A program made the translations under genes and the position numbers. Below are positions 51,201 to 61,941 of a stretch of DNA of 64,000 nt, in pieces. Positions within the stretch are counted from its first letter, which is position 1, and every line of letters begins with the position of its first letter. This DNA is from Sphaerodactylus townsendi (taxonomy: Eukaryota): positions 25,916,001-25,980,000 of the forward strand of contig NC_059436.1 of assembly GCF_021028975.2 (NCBI RefSeq), given 5' to 3'. The notes under the pieces are model-generated. The model saw only the letters and a program-made list of their open reading frames with translations, was not told the origin of the DNA and searched no databases.

Positions 51201-52290
51201 GGATTTATGTGCTTTACCCTCAAGTCTTTTGTAGACACTATCCCTTGTCACATGCACATTGCTATGTTCTTCGCATGCATGTGGTTGATTTAGAAAAACC
51301 TCTCTCTCTGTCTGCATCCCCATAGATACTGTATTCCGAACCGAAGTCACCTCAACTCCTGTCGGCTTTCCCCCAGTGATCAGTTTAAAAGCTGTTCTGT
51401 CACCTTTTTAATGTTGAGCGCCAGCAGCCTGGTTCCTCTTTGGTTAAGATGAAGCCCGGGCCCACTGTTTGTACAGGCCTACCTTTGTCCTTAAAAAGGT
51501 TCCCCAGTTCCTGGGACAAATCTGAAACCCTCTTGCCTTACACCACCTTTCTCAATCCACGCATTGGAGACCCTGTATCTCCTTCTTGCCTAGCTCTTCC
51601 GCCTCTCTTGGGCGTCACGGAATCCAGGAGTAGCATTTCTGAGAATGCCACCTTGGAGGTCCTGGACTTCCAACCTGTTTCCTAGCCGCCTAGCTTTAGC
51701 TTCCAGAACCTCCCGGCTACATTTCCTTAAATGTCGTTGGTGCCAATGTGGGACTCACTAACTGCTGACTCCACCCCAGCACTGTTCCTTAAAAGCCTAT
51801 CTGAGACGTAGGCGTGACATCCGCAACCTTCGCACCAGGCAGGCAAGTCACCATGCGGTCATCACGCCTCTCACAAACCCAACTCTCTACATTTCTAATG
51901 ATCGAATCACCCACTACAAGGAGCCCCCCCCTTACCTCCCCGAGGGGTATCCTCAGTGCGAGAGGATAGCTGATCACCAGTTAAGGAAGGGATCCCATCT
52001 AAGGGAGCATCTTCCCCCACCTCAGACTGGCACCCTCCATCCCCAAGGCCTTCATTCTCCATGACATCTGAAGAGATGTCACCTTGGGAGTGGGACCCGG
52101 CTGTTAGGTCCCTGAAAGCCTCGTCACCCTTGCACTGGTGGGACATCGTCAGACAGAGCTTGAGGAGAGAGAATCTGGGGCAACGGGTCAAACAGATGAA
52201 GCAAAACTGGTATAAAAGGACAGATGGTTTAATACTAGGTGTGTTTTCAACAAGCAGCGCAAAAGTGACAGCCAACAGCGCCAGCAAACA
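48201..52290 (-). mobile_element. Near-full-length CR1 LINE: ORF1 esterase remnant plus ORF2 endonuclease and RT, disrupted by frameshifts and stops
   Basis: ORF1 LLVVGDSIIRNV (SGNH block I); ORF2 CLYANSRSL, MGDFNYPHINW, SDHNAV, KSPGPDCIHPRVLKE, NYRPVSLTS, DFQKAFDKV, QGSVLGPVLF, KFADDTKL; 5' boundary approximate. Confidence 0.96.
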
Positions 52291-52604
52291 AAACAGCCCA
52301 GCCCCCCCGCCCCCCAGGCACCCACCTCCCAGGTGCTGCTGGCCCTTCCCAGGTCAGCCCCCCCCCCTTGGACAAGGGCTCTTCTCCTGCTGCCAGCAGC
52401 AGCCTCTCTGCAGCCTGGCCCCTGGGGCGAGATCAGGAGAGCCTTCCCTCGGCCCTTCTTCTTCCTCCTCTGCGTCTGCCCTCAGCCCACCTGTCGCCTT
52501 CCACTCCACCAGACCCGGGCAAAGGGCATTCCCTTTGAAAAAGATTGGTTCTGGAAACTTCAGTTGGTTCAAATGTGGGGGCTGTGGGTGGGGTGCCGCT
52601 AAAG

Positions 52605-52897
52605 GGAGGAGGAGGAGGAAGAAGAAGAGTTGGATTTATGTTCCCTCCTTTCTCTCCTGTAAAGCGACTCAAAGGGGCTTTACAAACTCCTTCCCCCCGC
52701 ACAACAAACACCCTGTGAGGATGGGTGGGGCTGAGAGAGCTCAGAAGAACTGTGACTAGCCCAAGGTCACCCAGCTGGCGTGTATGGGAGTGTATCCGAA
52801 TTCCCCAAATAAGCCTCCACAGCTCAGTCAGCAGAGTGGGGAATCAGACCCGGTTCCTCCAGATTAGAGTGCACCTGCTCTTAACCACTGCGCCACT
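52605..52897 (-). mobile_element. Squam3-like SINE
   Basis: (GAG/GAA)n tail; body ccctgtgaggatgggtggggctgagagagctc...gcccaaggtcacccagctgg; tRNA-like head ctcttaaccactgcgccac. Confidence 0.8.
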
Positions 52898-53369
52898 GGT
52901 GGAGGGAAGGAGAGGCAGGAGGAGGGCAGGTGGGGAGAGACTGTGGGGGTTTTCAGGAAAGGGAAAGAGAAAATCGGGGAAGGGAAAAAAGAACCCCCCC
53001 TTCCACATCCTTGTGGGCCTCCCACTTGTTTTACAATAATAACACCATTCTTTAAAAATGCTAATTGTTTTCTGTGTCCCAATTCCATTTTATCTTGGGT
53101 AGAAAAATGTCCCATGGATTTTTTAAAAAATTGCCTGTAGTTGCAAAAGACGTGGCTTTTTTACAATAGCAAAATACTCTGGGCCTAAAACACACTTTCA
53201 CATACAATGGAAAATAATTGCATTAACAATAGCAACAAATTGTAAAAAGGTTGTTGGATTGAGGTATTTTTCTTCTCCACGAACATCTCTGTGATGAGGT
53301 AGGTATTTTCCATATGGTCAAGAGGAATTGTAGGCAAATATGGTAGTAATTCAGTCCAACATGTTACCG

Positions 53370-54110
53370 TAGTTTATTTATAGACAAGCCTTTATTGGCA
53401 TTCCAAAATACAATAAAACAATTGTCCATAAAAGACAGACAGATACAACCAAAATCCGGCTTCAGAGTCTTATATCCAATAAGTTTAGTCCAAATGGACT
53501 CATCAAAAGTGCCATTCCCATACACCTCTCCACAGACCAGACTGAAAACCCACCAACAGAGCCCAGGCATCACAACAGGATACAGTATCAACACTCCACT
53601 ATAAAACACAGAGTTTGTTAGAGTGGCACCTAACACAGAACAAGGGACAGGGGGCAAGGAAATGAGGCTTGAAACTTAATTCGATTTGAGCTCAATAGGG
53701 TTGCTTCCACAGCCTTCAGTTGTCACACCATCTGGCAATCAATAACAAAACTACGACATCTCTCAATGACTCACCCACAGATTATTTGACTTTGGGTGAC
53801 CGTGAACCCACAGGTTACTGGCAGAGGTAGGCACTGTATACCAGTAGCAAATGGTTAATGTAACCAACATTGTTGTTGTTACGATGATAGCAATCTAATG
53901 CTTAGTATCCATCTAGCGTTGCGTCTATAATCTTTAAAAGATATTTTGCTACGCTTTCGCAAAAGTAAGGATCAAGATTATCTAAGATTAAAGGAATCCT
54001 AAGAGCATCAGTTAAATGATTGTATAGGAGTGAAGCAATGATGGGTTGGGTCATTCTGATCTTGGCAAATCTTGCACAATGTTACGGTAGTAATGAGACA
54101 GTTTCAGTCC
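53370..54110 (-). mobile_element. Probable RTE-X-like LINE 3' end
   Basis: Minus-strand peptide ...LILDNLDPYFCESVAKYLLKI resembles RTE-X C-termini; ends gccaataaaggcttgtctataaataaa. Confidence 0.4.
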
Positions 54111-55201
54111 GAATAATATACATTCTTTATTTTATTGCACAATTTGTTTTCTGATTTCAATTTTTATTGTTTCTTATCTCTCAGATGGCAATAATTAAGC
54201 AACATGTACTAAGGTTGCTTAGGATGCAACAATTTACTGCTTGGTATTGGCTTTATTCGCAGTCTTGCTTGTAGAATATTCAGGCATTTATACTTTTACA
54301 ATCCATAAATATGCTAGTTAGTATAGTTTAATATGCTAAATTATAAATGATGCATTTTGTGTGGTAAAAGGAGCAAAATACGCTTAGTTTTGGTGGGAAA
54401 GTGCATATGGGATGTATATATCTTCCCTTTGGGGGGGGGGAGGGTTAATTGTTATCATAGCTCCACAATATTTGGAGAGTGTGTATCTCTACATGGGTGT
54501 CAGCCACTCCATGAAGATCAAGATGTTGTGGAGGGTGACCGTACCATTCTTCCTTCTCCTTCCTGAGTGCACACATCGTCTTCCTCTGTCTGACTGGCTC
54601 CTTCCACTGATCTTTCCCCTTGTTCACCACGGGAGAAGAACACCTCTGCATAGCTTCTCAAGGCCTTTGAGTAGGCAGAGAGAACTTGAGCCCAGAATTT
54701 GCACAACCTTTCCTATTGGATGGGCATTTCTGCTTCCTGCCTGGTCGTGCCCACTCATGAACTTGGCTCTGTTATTCAGCCCCCCACCCTCGCAGTCCAT
54801 GAGACACACCCAGCATCTACTGGGGCTTTGAGCTTTTGCAGCCTCACAGGTGCAGTTTGCCAGCCTGTGCATGATGTTTCCACAGCTTTGGTGTCATCAT
54901 GTTCTACATAGTCATAAGTCATCATGTTTTACATAGACAGGCCTACCATTTTTAGACACCATAAAGTGTTATTTCTCTGTTATTCTGGATGTAAAAAAGA
55001 GCAATGAGTTCGCTGTCAAATGTCCAGCCATTGGATTGCTCGGACAATTCAGTTGTGCTGTGAATAGGGTCATAAGCCAGAGCCTCCGAAAGTTCAAGTT
55101 CATTCTACCTGAGCTGCGGCTGCATCTGCTGCTTTCTCCAGAGGTGTCCCACTTCCAGAACAGCACAAAGTTGCCACATTGAGCTCTAGACTCTGGACGT
55201 G

Positions 55202-55370
55202 CAGAGGTGGAGCAAGGGGAACCTGCGGCCGGGGCATGCATGCGCCCTGCACCCCTGCTGTGGTGCTGCCCACCCCGCCCCAGAATGTCCCCTCCACAGC
55301 CCGCCCACGCCTCCGCTGCAGCTCTGCCCGGGGCGTCGTGCCCCACCGTCCCGCTGGCGCTACGCCGCTG
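55202..55370. mobile_element. Short GC-rich hAT-like MITE
   Basis: Ends CAGAGGTGGAGC...GCTACGCCGCTG; flanks tggacgtg / ttgatgtg (6/8). Confidence 0.6.
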
Positions 55371-55859
55371 TTGATGTGCACTACCCAGCAGATGCCATGT
55401 TTGGATGGGCCATTCTCCTTTCAGTTGATGCCCCTGTACCCACCCCAGATCAGTTTGCTAGCCCAACAGATGGTTGAGATGGGCAGAGATCACAAAGAAG
55501 TAAAAAGAAGTTGTGAGCCTGCAAGAGTTGTTCTTCCAGTGTTCATCTGTGCAGTCATTTGACTGACCTACCTTGCCTGCAGCAAGTGCTTCAAACTTGC
55601 AGGAGCATACTTGGAACATTGTGAAAAGTTTTGAGTGGGAAGGCGTGACTCCTCCCTTTTAGGCAGCTGCAGTCGAGTGTCGTGTTTCTGAGTGGGAGGA
55701 TTTTCACACCTAAAAGCTAGCTGCTGGAAATTCTGACTTGCTTCTCTGAGCACGGTGTTAATGCCCGGAAGGCCACTCAGAGAACAGCAGCTAAAGACAG
55801 GCAACCTGTTTTGCTAAGCACACAGAAGAATGGGACTTTCTGAAGAGGAATCGGCCAGG

Positions 55860-56790
55860 CTTCTGCTAAGGGGAAGTCTTGCTTTGCCAGACTGTTGGAG
55901 TACTTTTAGAATGTCAGCAAACATATGGACAAAAGTGATCTTGGACTTTCAAAAGGCTTTGACAGAGTTTCTCACGGAAAAGGTCCGGTGGAGTGCTGGT
56001 TACAGACTGTGAAACAGAGACTAGAGATCAGTGGATACCTCACAATGAATAAACACTTCTCTCCCGCAAGGGTCTGCGTTGGGACAATGGCCATTTAGTT
56101 GGTTAGTAAATGTTCTATAGGCCTGATGAACAGACTCTCTGACCCCGCACTGTTCAGAATGATAAAACCTCAGGTGGACTTTGAAAAGCTCCAAAAACAT
56201 ATCTTGAAGCTGGCAACAAAATGTGAAATGGAATGCCAGATACATGAAAGTGAAGTCATGAAAAAAATCCTGACCACATGTACAGTAATGGAATCTGAAC
56301 TGGCTTGCGCTGAATCAGGAATTAGATCTTTGAGACTGTGGTGCACAGCTTCATGAAAACTCAAGGGAAGGGAAAAAGACAAATCCCTTGCTAGGAATTT
56401 TGAAGGAGTGGATTAAAGCTTAAACTGCAGGAATTGTATACGCTTGGAGGGCTCCGTGGTTGTACGGCCATGCGTGGAATGCTGAGTCCAGTTCTTTGGA
56501 CCAATTCACAAAGATCTTGTATAGCAGGAAAGATGGAATCAGGGAAAAGCTTAAAGAGATTTGACCTTCTTAATTTGGGGGGTGGAAAGAGGTGAATAAA
56601 GGGGCTCGTGGTCAAAATGCATGGAATGGAGCATGTGTAGAGAGAGGATTTTTCTTCCTACTTCTCAGATCCTAGAACTCAAGTGGCACCCAGTGAAGTA
56701 GACGGACAGTAGGAAGGGCACGAGGCACAATCAGCTAATGGAGTTCATGGCCAGTGAATGAATGATGACCATTAGTTTAGATGGCTTTAA
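55860..56790 (+). mobile_element. Old, heavily degraded CR1 ORF2
   Basis: LDFQKAL, cagttctttgg (QFW-like) and ttagatggctttaaaa motifs in CR1 order. Confidence 0.65.
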
Positions 56791-56831
56791 AAATTCCTGA
56801 AGGGCTGGTCTTTCAACAACGTCTGGCCCTC

Positions 56832-57045
56832 TATACATTGTCAAAGGCTTTCACGACCAGAATCAACTGTCTGTTATGTGTTTTCTGGACTGTGGTCATG
56901 GTCTGTGTGACTGTGGTTGTGCCCCAGAGAAACATGTCTTTCTGTGACATACCTCTGAAGATGCCAGCCATATATGTGGGCAAAATGTTACGAGCAAAAA
57001 CTACCAGACCACGGCAACACAGCCCAGAAACCTCACAACAGCCCG
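56832..57045. mobile_element. Penelope-like fragments in inverted arrangement (56832-56905 minus, ~56930-57045 plus)
   Basis: attgtcaaaggctttcacg... followed by cctctgaagatgccagcc...accagaccacggcaacacagcccagaaa. Confidence 0.7.
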
Positions 57046-57358
57046 TTGGCCCTCTGTTTGAGGTGGCTGCCATGAGGGTTGTCTGTTGTCTTCGCATCCT
57101 GCTGAAGGCTTCTTGGAGGCATTTGTTTTGCCATTGTGATGTGCCATTGAGTCCAGCCAACTTATGGCAACCCCAGCAAGGGGCTGCTGAGGCAAATGAG
57201 CAGCAGAGGTGGATTGGCATTGCCTCCCTCTACACCTCCTTCCTTGGAGGTCTCTCTTCCAAGTACTGACCCTGCTTAGCTTCTCGGGTAGGGCTATATA
57301 CTATGCTACCTTGTGGGAAGCAACAGGCAAGAGTAAACAGACTTTGGTTTCACACAAG

Positions 57359-58825
57359 CAAGGACGTAGGTAAGGGGGGGTTCGCGGGTTCAACCCCCCC
57401 ATTCATGTCCAAAGCGCTGCCCCCCGTTTGTGGGTTTTTAAAACATTTTAGTGTTTTTTATTTGTGGCCTGCAGGGGGTGCATTGTTTAGGCTAGCAGCA
57501 CCAAACTTTCAGGGATTGTTTGGGAGACTCTCCTGATGATACCACCCAGGTTTGGTGAGGTTTGGTTCAGGGGGTCCAAAGTTATGGACTCCCAAAGGGG
57601 ATGCCCCCATCCTCCATTGTTTCCAATGGGAGCTAATAGAAGATGGTCCATAACTTTGGACACCCTGAACCAAACTTCACCAAACCTGGATGGTATCATC
57701 AGGAGAGTCTCTCATTGATACCACGAAGGTTTTGTGAAGTTTGGTCCAGGGGGTCCAAAGCTATGGACTTCCAAAAGAGGTGCCCCATCCCCCATTGTTT
57801 CCAATGGGAGCTAATAGGAGATGGGGGCACCCCCTTTGAGGATCCATAACTTTGGCCCCCCTGAACCAAATTGCACCAAACTTGGGGGGTACCATCAGGA
57901 TAGTCTCCAGATGATACCCTGAAAGCCTGGTGCCAATATATCCAAAATGCACCCCCTGCAGGAACATCCCAGAAATTTGCCCAAGAATCTTTGTTCTGGA
58001 GTGAGTTTTCCGCATTGCTGTCAATGGGGGATGGAGGCGGGGGGGGGGGGGGGGAAATTTCTGAAGGCACAGTCTCAAAACTTTCAGGGTCTCATCAGAA
58101 GACTGCCCTGATGATACCCCCCAGGCTTGGTGCAGTTTGGGTCAGGGGGGGCCAAAGTTATGGACACTCAAAGGGGGTGCCCCATCCCCCATTCTTTCCA
58201 ATGGGAGCTAAGGAGATGGGGGCTACCCTTTTAAGGGTCCATAACTTTGCCCCCCCTTGAACCAAACTGCACCAAACTTGGGGGGGGGGGGGTTAGCATC
58301 AGGACAGTCTCCTGATGATACGCTGAAATTTTGGTGCCAATATGTTTGCACCCCCTGCAGGCACCAATGACCTGGTGCAAAAAATTTTTGGTCCTGATGG
58401 GGTGGCCGCCCATGGGGGGGGGGGCGGGGGGCATCCAACTGAGGTTTTGCCCAGGGCTCCAGTTTGCCTCATTATGCCCCTGTGTTTGGGGGTGGATTCC
58501 AGCATCACAGCGGCTGCCCCGGGGGGGGGGGGGCTCATATTTTGCACCGGGCTCCATTTTCCCTCTATGCCTCTGCCCAGAGGGGTGGGCAGAAGGAACT
58601 GCCGGCTGCCGGCTGGGAGCCCAGCTGGTGGGGGGCAGGGGAGGGCAGGGCAGGGGAGTCTGAGGGCAGGGCAGGGGAGTCTTATCCCCGGCCTTGGAGA
58701 GCTGCTTTTATAAGCGCTAGGCCGGGGGCGGGGCTTGGGGAGGCGTGGCCATGCCCTAGGGGCGGATGGGGGTGTGGCCCCATCCCTGACCACCCCCCCT
58801 AAAAAAATCTATACCTATGTCCCTG
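57359..58825. mobile_element. Composite hAT-like element made of repeated palindromic modules
   Basis: Ends CAAGGACGTAGGTA / TACCTATGTCCCTG; flanks cacacaag / aacccaag (6/8); three hairpin modules (tttggttcaggggg.ccaaagttatgga...tccataactttgg..ccctgaaccaaa). Confidence 0.7.
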
Positions 58826-59943
58826 AACCCAAGTGAACTTTTGGGTTCTTTTAACTGGGCAGGAATTGGACATCATGTTCCTGAATAGATTCCCAGAGTG
58901 GCGCAAGAAGTGAGGGGATGTGGTGACCATCCCTAAGCATGTTGAGCAGCAAGCGGGGCCAGCGAGGGATTGGAAATCAGTGACTTCCAGGAACAAGCAA
59001 GCTGCTCCCTGTCGACCTGTTGGCCAAAGAGGACCTGAACAATTCATAACCCCAGTGATCGCTGGCAGAGCAAGTGGTTTCTTCCGCTTTCTCAATTCCT
59101 CATCGAATTTCATGCTGAAGCTTTTTGCTCAACTGGCTCAATCCATCTTAACCTCCTCCTTCTCTAGGACTAAAAAACCACCTTGACCCACTCACAGGCT
59201 GCTGCCGCCCCATGGATTCTTCACAGACGACTTCCTTTGCTGGAGCAGGATTGAATCTTGCCTGATGAGGAGAGAGACGGGATGATTTGGCCAATTATTA
59301 ATTTAGGATAGAAGATGCGTGTGAGAGTTTGTTGGGCACAGGTCTGTCTCCTTCAGGAGGTCTTACTTGTACATTAGCAAACTAGGTCAGGGAGAGAAAT
59401 GGCCATATGGAGATTGCCCCTGGGCCCTTGTGTTTTAGGTGGCCAATCTAGGGGGCTGATGTCCAGATAACTAATGGCAGTGTTGAGGTTTCTGATGCAG
59501 TCATATTTATGGAGCAGATTAAACTGTAGCAGGGTTTGGTTTGTGCATCTGGAGATGGCGCCCTAAACGTAATGCGTGTGCAAGCGTGGCTCTTCCTGGG
59601 CTGCAGTTCCAGTGTCCCTCAGGACGTGCCTCGTGCCCCTTGAAGGTGTCTCCGTGTTCTGCCTCGTCTTGAGCCCCACAAGGCAGCTGCTGTTTGGGGT
59701 CTGTGGCCGCCTCACAAGACCTCTGTGTGGCCCCTGTATTTGTTCCTGTTTTCCACTCTCACTTGCCACAATCCCACTCCAAACATACATGTCCTCATCT
59801 TTGATTGCAGCCTAACTAATTGCTCTGTTTTTATTGAGATGCAGATTCAGGGCACTGCCGTGCAGCACATTTTTAAGCTTCCAATTATTGCTAATTTTTT
59901 TGGCATCATTGTCATCATCACTGATAGACCTGGAAAAAGATGA

Positions 59944-59978
59944 TCCTCCTCCTCCTCCTCCTCCTCCTCCTCCTCCTC

Positions 59979-60019
<41 letters not shown>
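59944..60019. repeat. Compound (CCT)n(GCT)n trinucleotide repeat
   Basis: Direct observation. Confidence 0.95.
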
Positions 60020-60021
<2 letters not shown>

Positions 60022-61644
60022 CTTCCCAGTGTTAAGCAACTTTTCTACCACAACCTTGTTTTGTCAGCCGCTTCACTTGGAGGAGTCTCGTTGTCTTGGG
60101 ATGGAGTCTGGGTTCCTCAGGCACCCTCTCTGTGAAGTGGTTCAGAGGGAGAGGATCCCGGGGGTGCCCTGCCTGGACATGGGGGGTGCTTGAGTGCCTC
60201 TGGGCACAGCAGAGAATAGTAAGGCCTGGAGCCAGTTCACTTGCTGGTCAGCTGCAGGGTGCTGGGCCAACTCAAACTATTTAAAGCCAGATCAGCAGCA
60301 GCCCCGGCCTAGATGAACAAGATACAGAAAAACGTTACGTGTTGTCATGTTTTCCTTCCAAGCTAAGTTATCTGCCCTGAAGTTTTCCAGGTTAAAAACA
60401 AACCCAGGAAGTGAGGGGGTGGTGCGCAATAATCCCTCCTAGGTCAAACTCCAAGCCCATCTGGTCTCATGTGGTGGGGCAGAAGCCTCCCAAGAAGCCT
60501 GTGAGCAGACCGAGGAGACACTCCTCCTTCTGCGCTGCATCCCCAGCGCGACATTTTCCTGCTCACCACCAGCTGGCTCTGAATGTGGAGGTTCTGCTTG
60601 ATCGAGATGTCACTGACAGGCCTGTTTCCCATAAATGTATTTTGCTGATTCATTTCTTCTTGCACAGGACAGAGGAAGCTGTCACGGATGCCCCAAGACC
60701 CCACTTAGCTTGGATGGCACTTTTGTGGACAGTCTGCTGCTCTGTTGGGTGGCCTCTGGTGTGGGTCAGCCCAGCTGCCGCCGCCAAAGCCCTCTGTGGC
60801 TCATCTGTCCTGCCCGGGGGGGTGGGCAAGGAGTGACCCCGTCACTGCAGAACAGGCTCTCTGGCAGCAGGAGCCAAAGGGACAGACTCTTTGAAGGAGA
60901 CCAGGGGCACGAGGTCTTCGCCAGACGCTGGAGCACACAGCCTGTCAGTGGCTGCTGTCAAGCACTGCCCTACAGCCAGGGCAGCGTCTGCTGACTTCTG
61001 CTCAGCCGCTGAGTGGTTCTCACTAGCACTGTTGCCACTGGAGCCCCGGGTGCTCTGACGCTGATGGAGGACCCCTGCGGAAGGGCTGTAGACCTGCCCA
61101 AAGCCTGTGCAGGAAGAGGGCCCGGTGGTCTGATAGCAAGGGCCCAGGCAGCTCCTGCGTAGCCCTTCCTCCAGGCGGAGCCTTACAGGTCGCGGTGGGA
61201 TTGCTCAAGAGGAAATGCTGGACCCTCACACGGGGCTGGCTTCTGGCTGAAAAGCAGATGCAGTCCAAATGGTTGGCTCTTGTGGGAGGAAAATGCTATG
61301 CTGGCAGAAACAGAGGGGTACAGCCACCTCCCTTCACACAGCAGGAGTTGCCACCCCGTCTAGACCGTGGGACTGGCAGCAGCATTGGGGCGGGCTGACC
61401 TCCTCCCAGCCAGCAAGGCAGAAGGGCCCCCATGTGGAGGGTCAGCTCTGCCTTGGCCTCTAAGCTTATAGCAGCAGGTCACTTCTGGGCAGCAGCAGTT
61501 ATGGAAGTTGTCTCTGGCAGACGATCTTCCCTAGACCGTGGCAGGGCCACCTCAGCTAGCCCCAGTCAGTACTGCCGTGGCAAACCACTCCGGACCATCT
61601 CTTACCTGGAAAACCAAACCTGACGAGTCCCTGGAAGCTAAAAT

Positions 61645-61886
61645 GACTAAATGGAGACTGTTGTACTTTGGTCACTTAATGTGAAGACAAGAGTCCCTGG
61701 AAACGTCCACCATGCTAGGAATGGCGGAAGGCAGCAGGGAAAGAGGGAGACCCAACGTGAGATGGAGGGACTCAGTCAAGGAAGCCACAAAGGCTCTCAG
61801 TTTGCAAGACCTGAGTGGGGCTGTGAACAAGAGGATGTTTTAGAGCCCGTTGACTCATAATGTTGCCATGAGTTGGAAGCTACTTG

Positions 61887-61888
<2 letters not shown>
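61645..61888 (+). mobile_element. RTE/BovB-like LINE 3' fragment
   Basis: LYFGHLM*RQESLETSTMLGMAEGSR resembles the RTE C-terminus YFGHLMRR..SLEK..MLG..EG.R. Confidence 0.75.

Positions 61889-61890
<2 letters not shown>

Positions 61891-61936
<46 letters not shown>
61891..61936. repeat. (CT)n microsatellite
   Basis: Direct observation. Confidence 0.95.

Positions 61937-61941
<5 letters not shown>

Noticed and set aside
53000-55200. AT-rich stretch considered as an endogenous viral element
   Set aside because: No long ORF or viral motif; part is better explained as a LINE 3' end
57440-58380. Repeated palindromic units superficially like a CRISPR array
   Set aside because: Eukaryotic intron, long degenerate units without unique spacers, no cas genes; internal transposon modules
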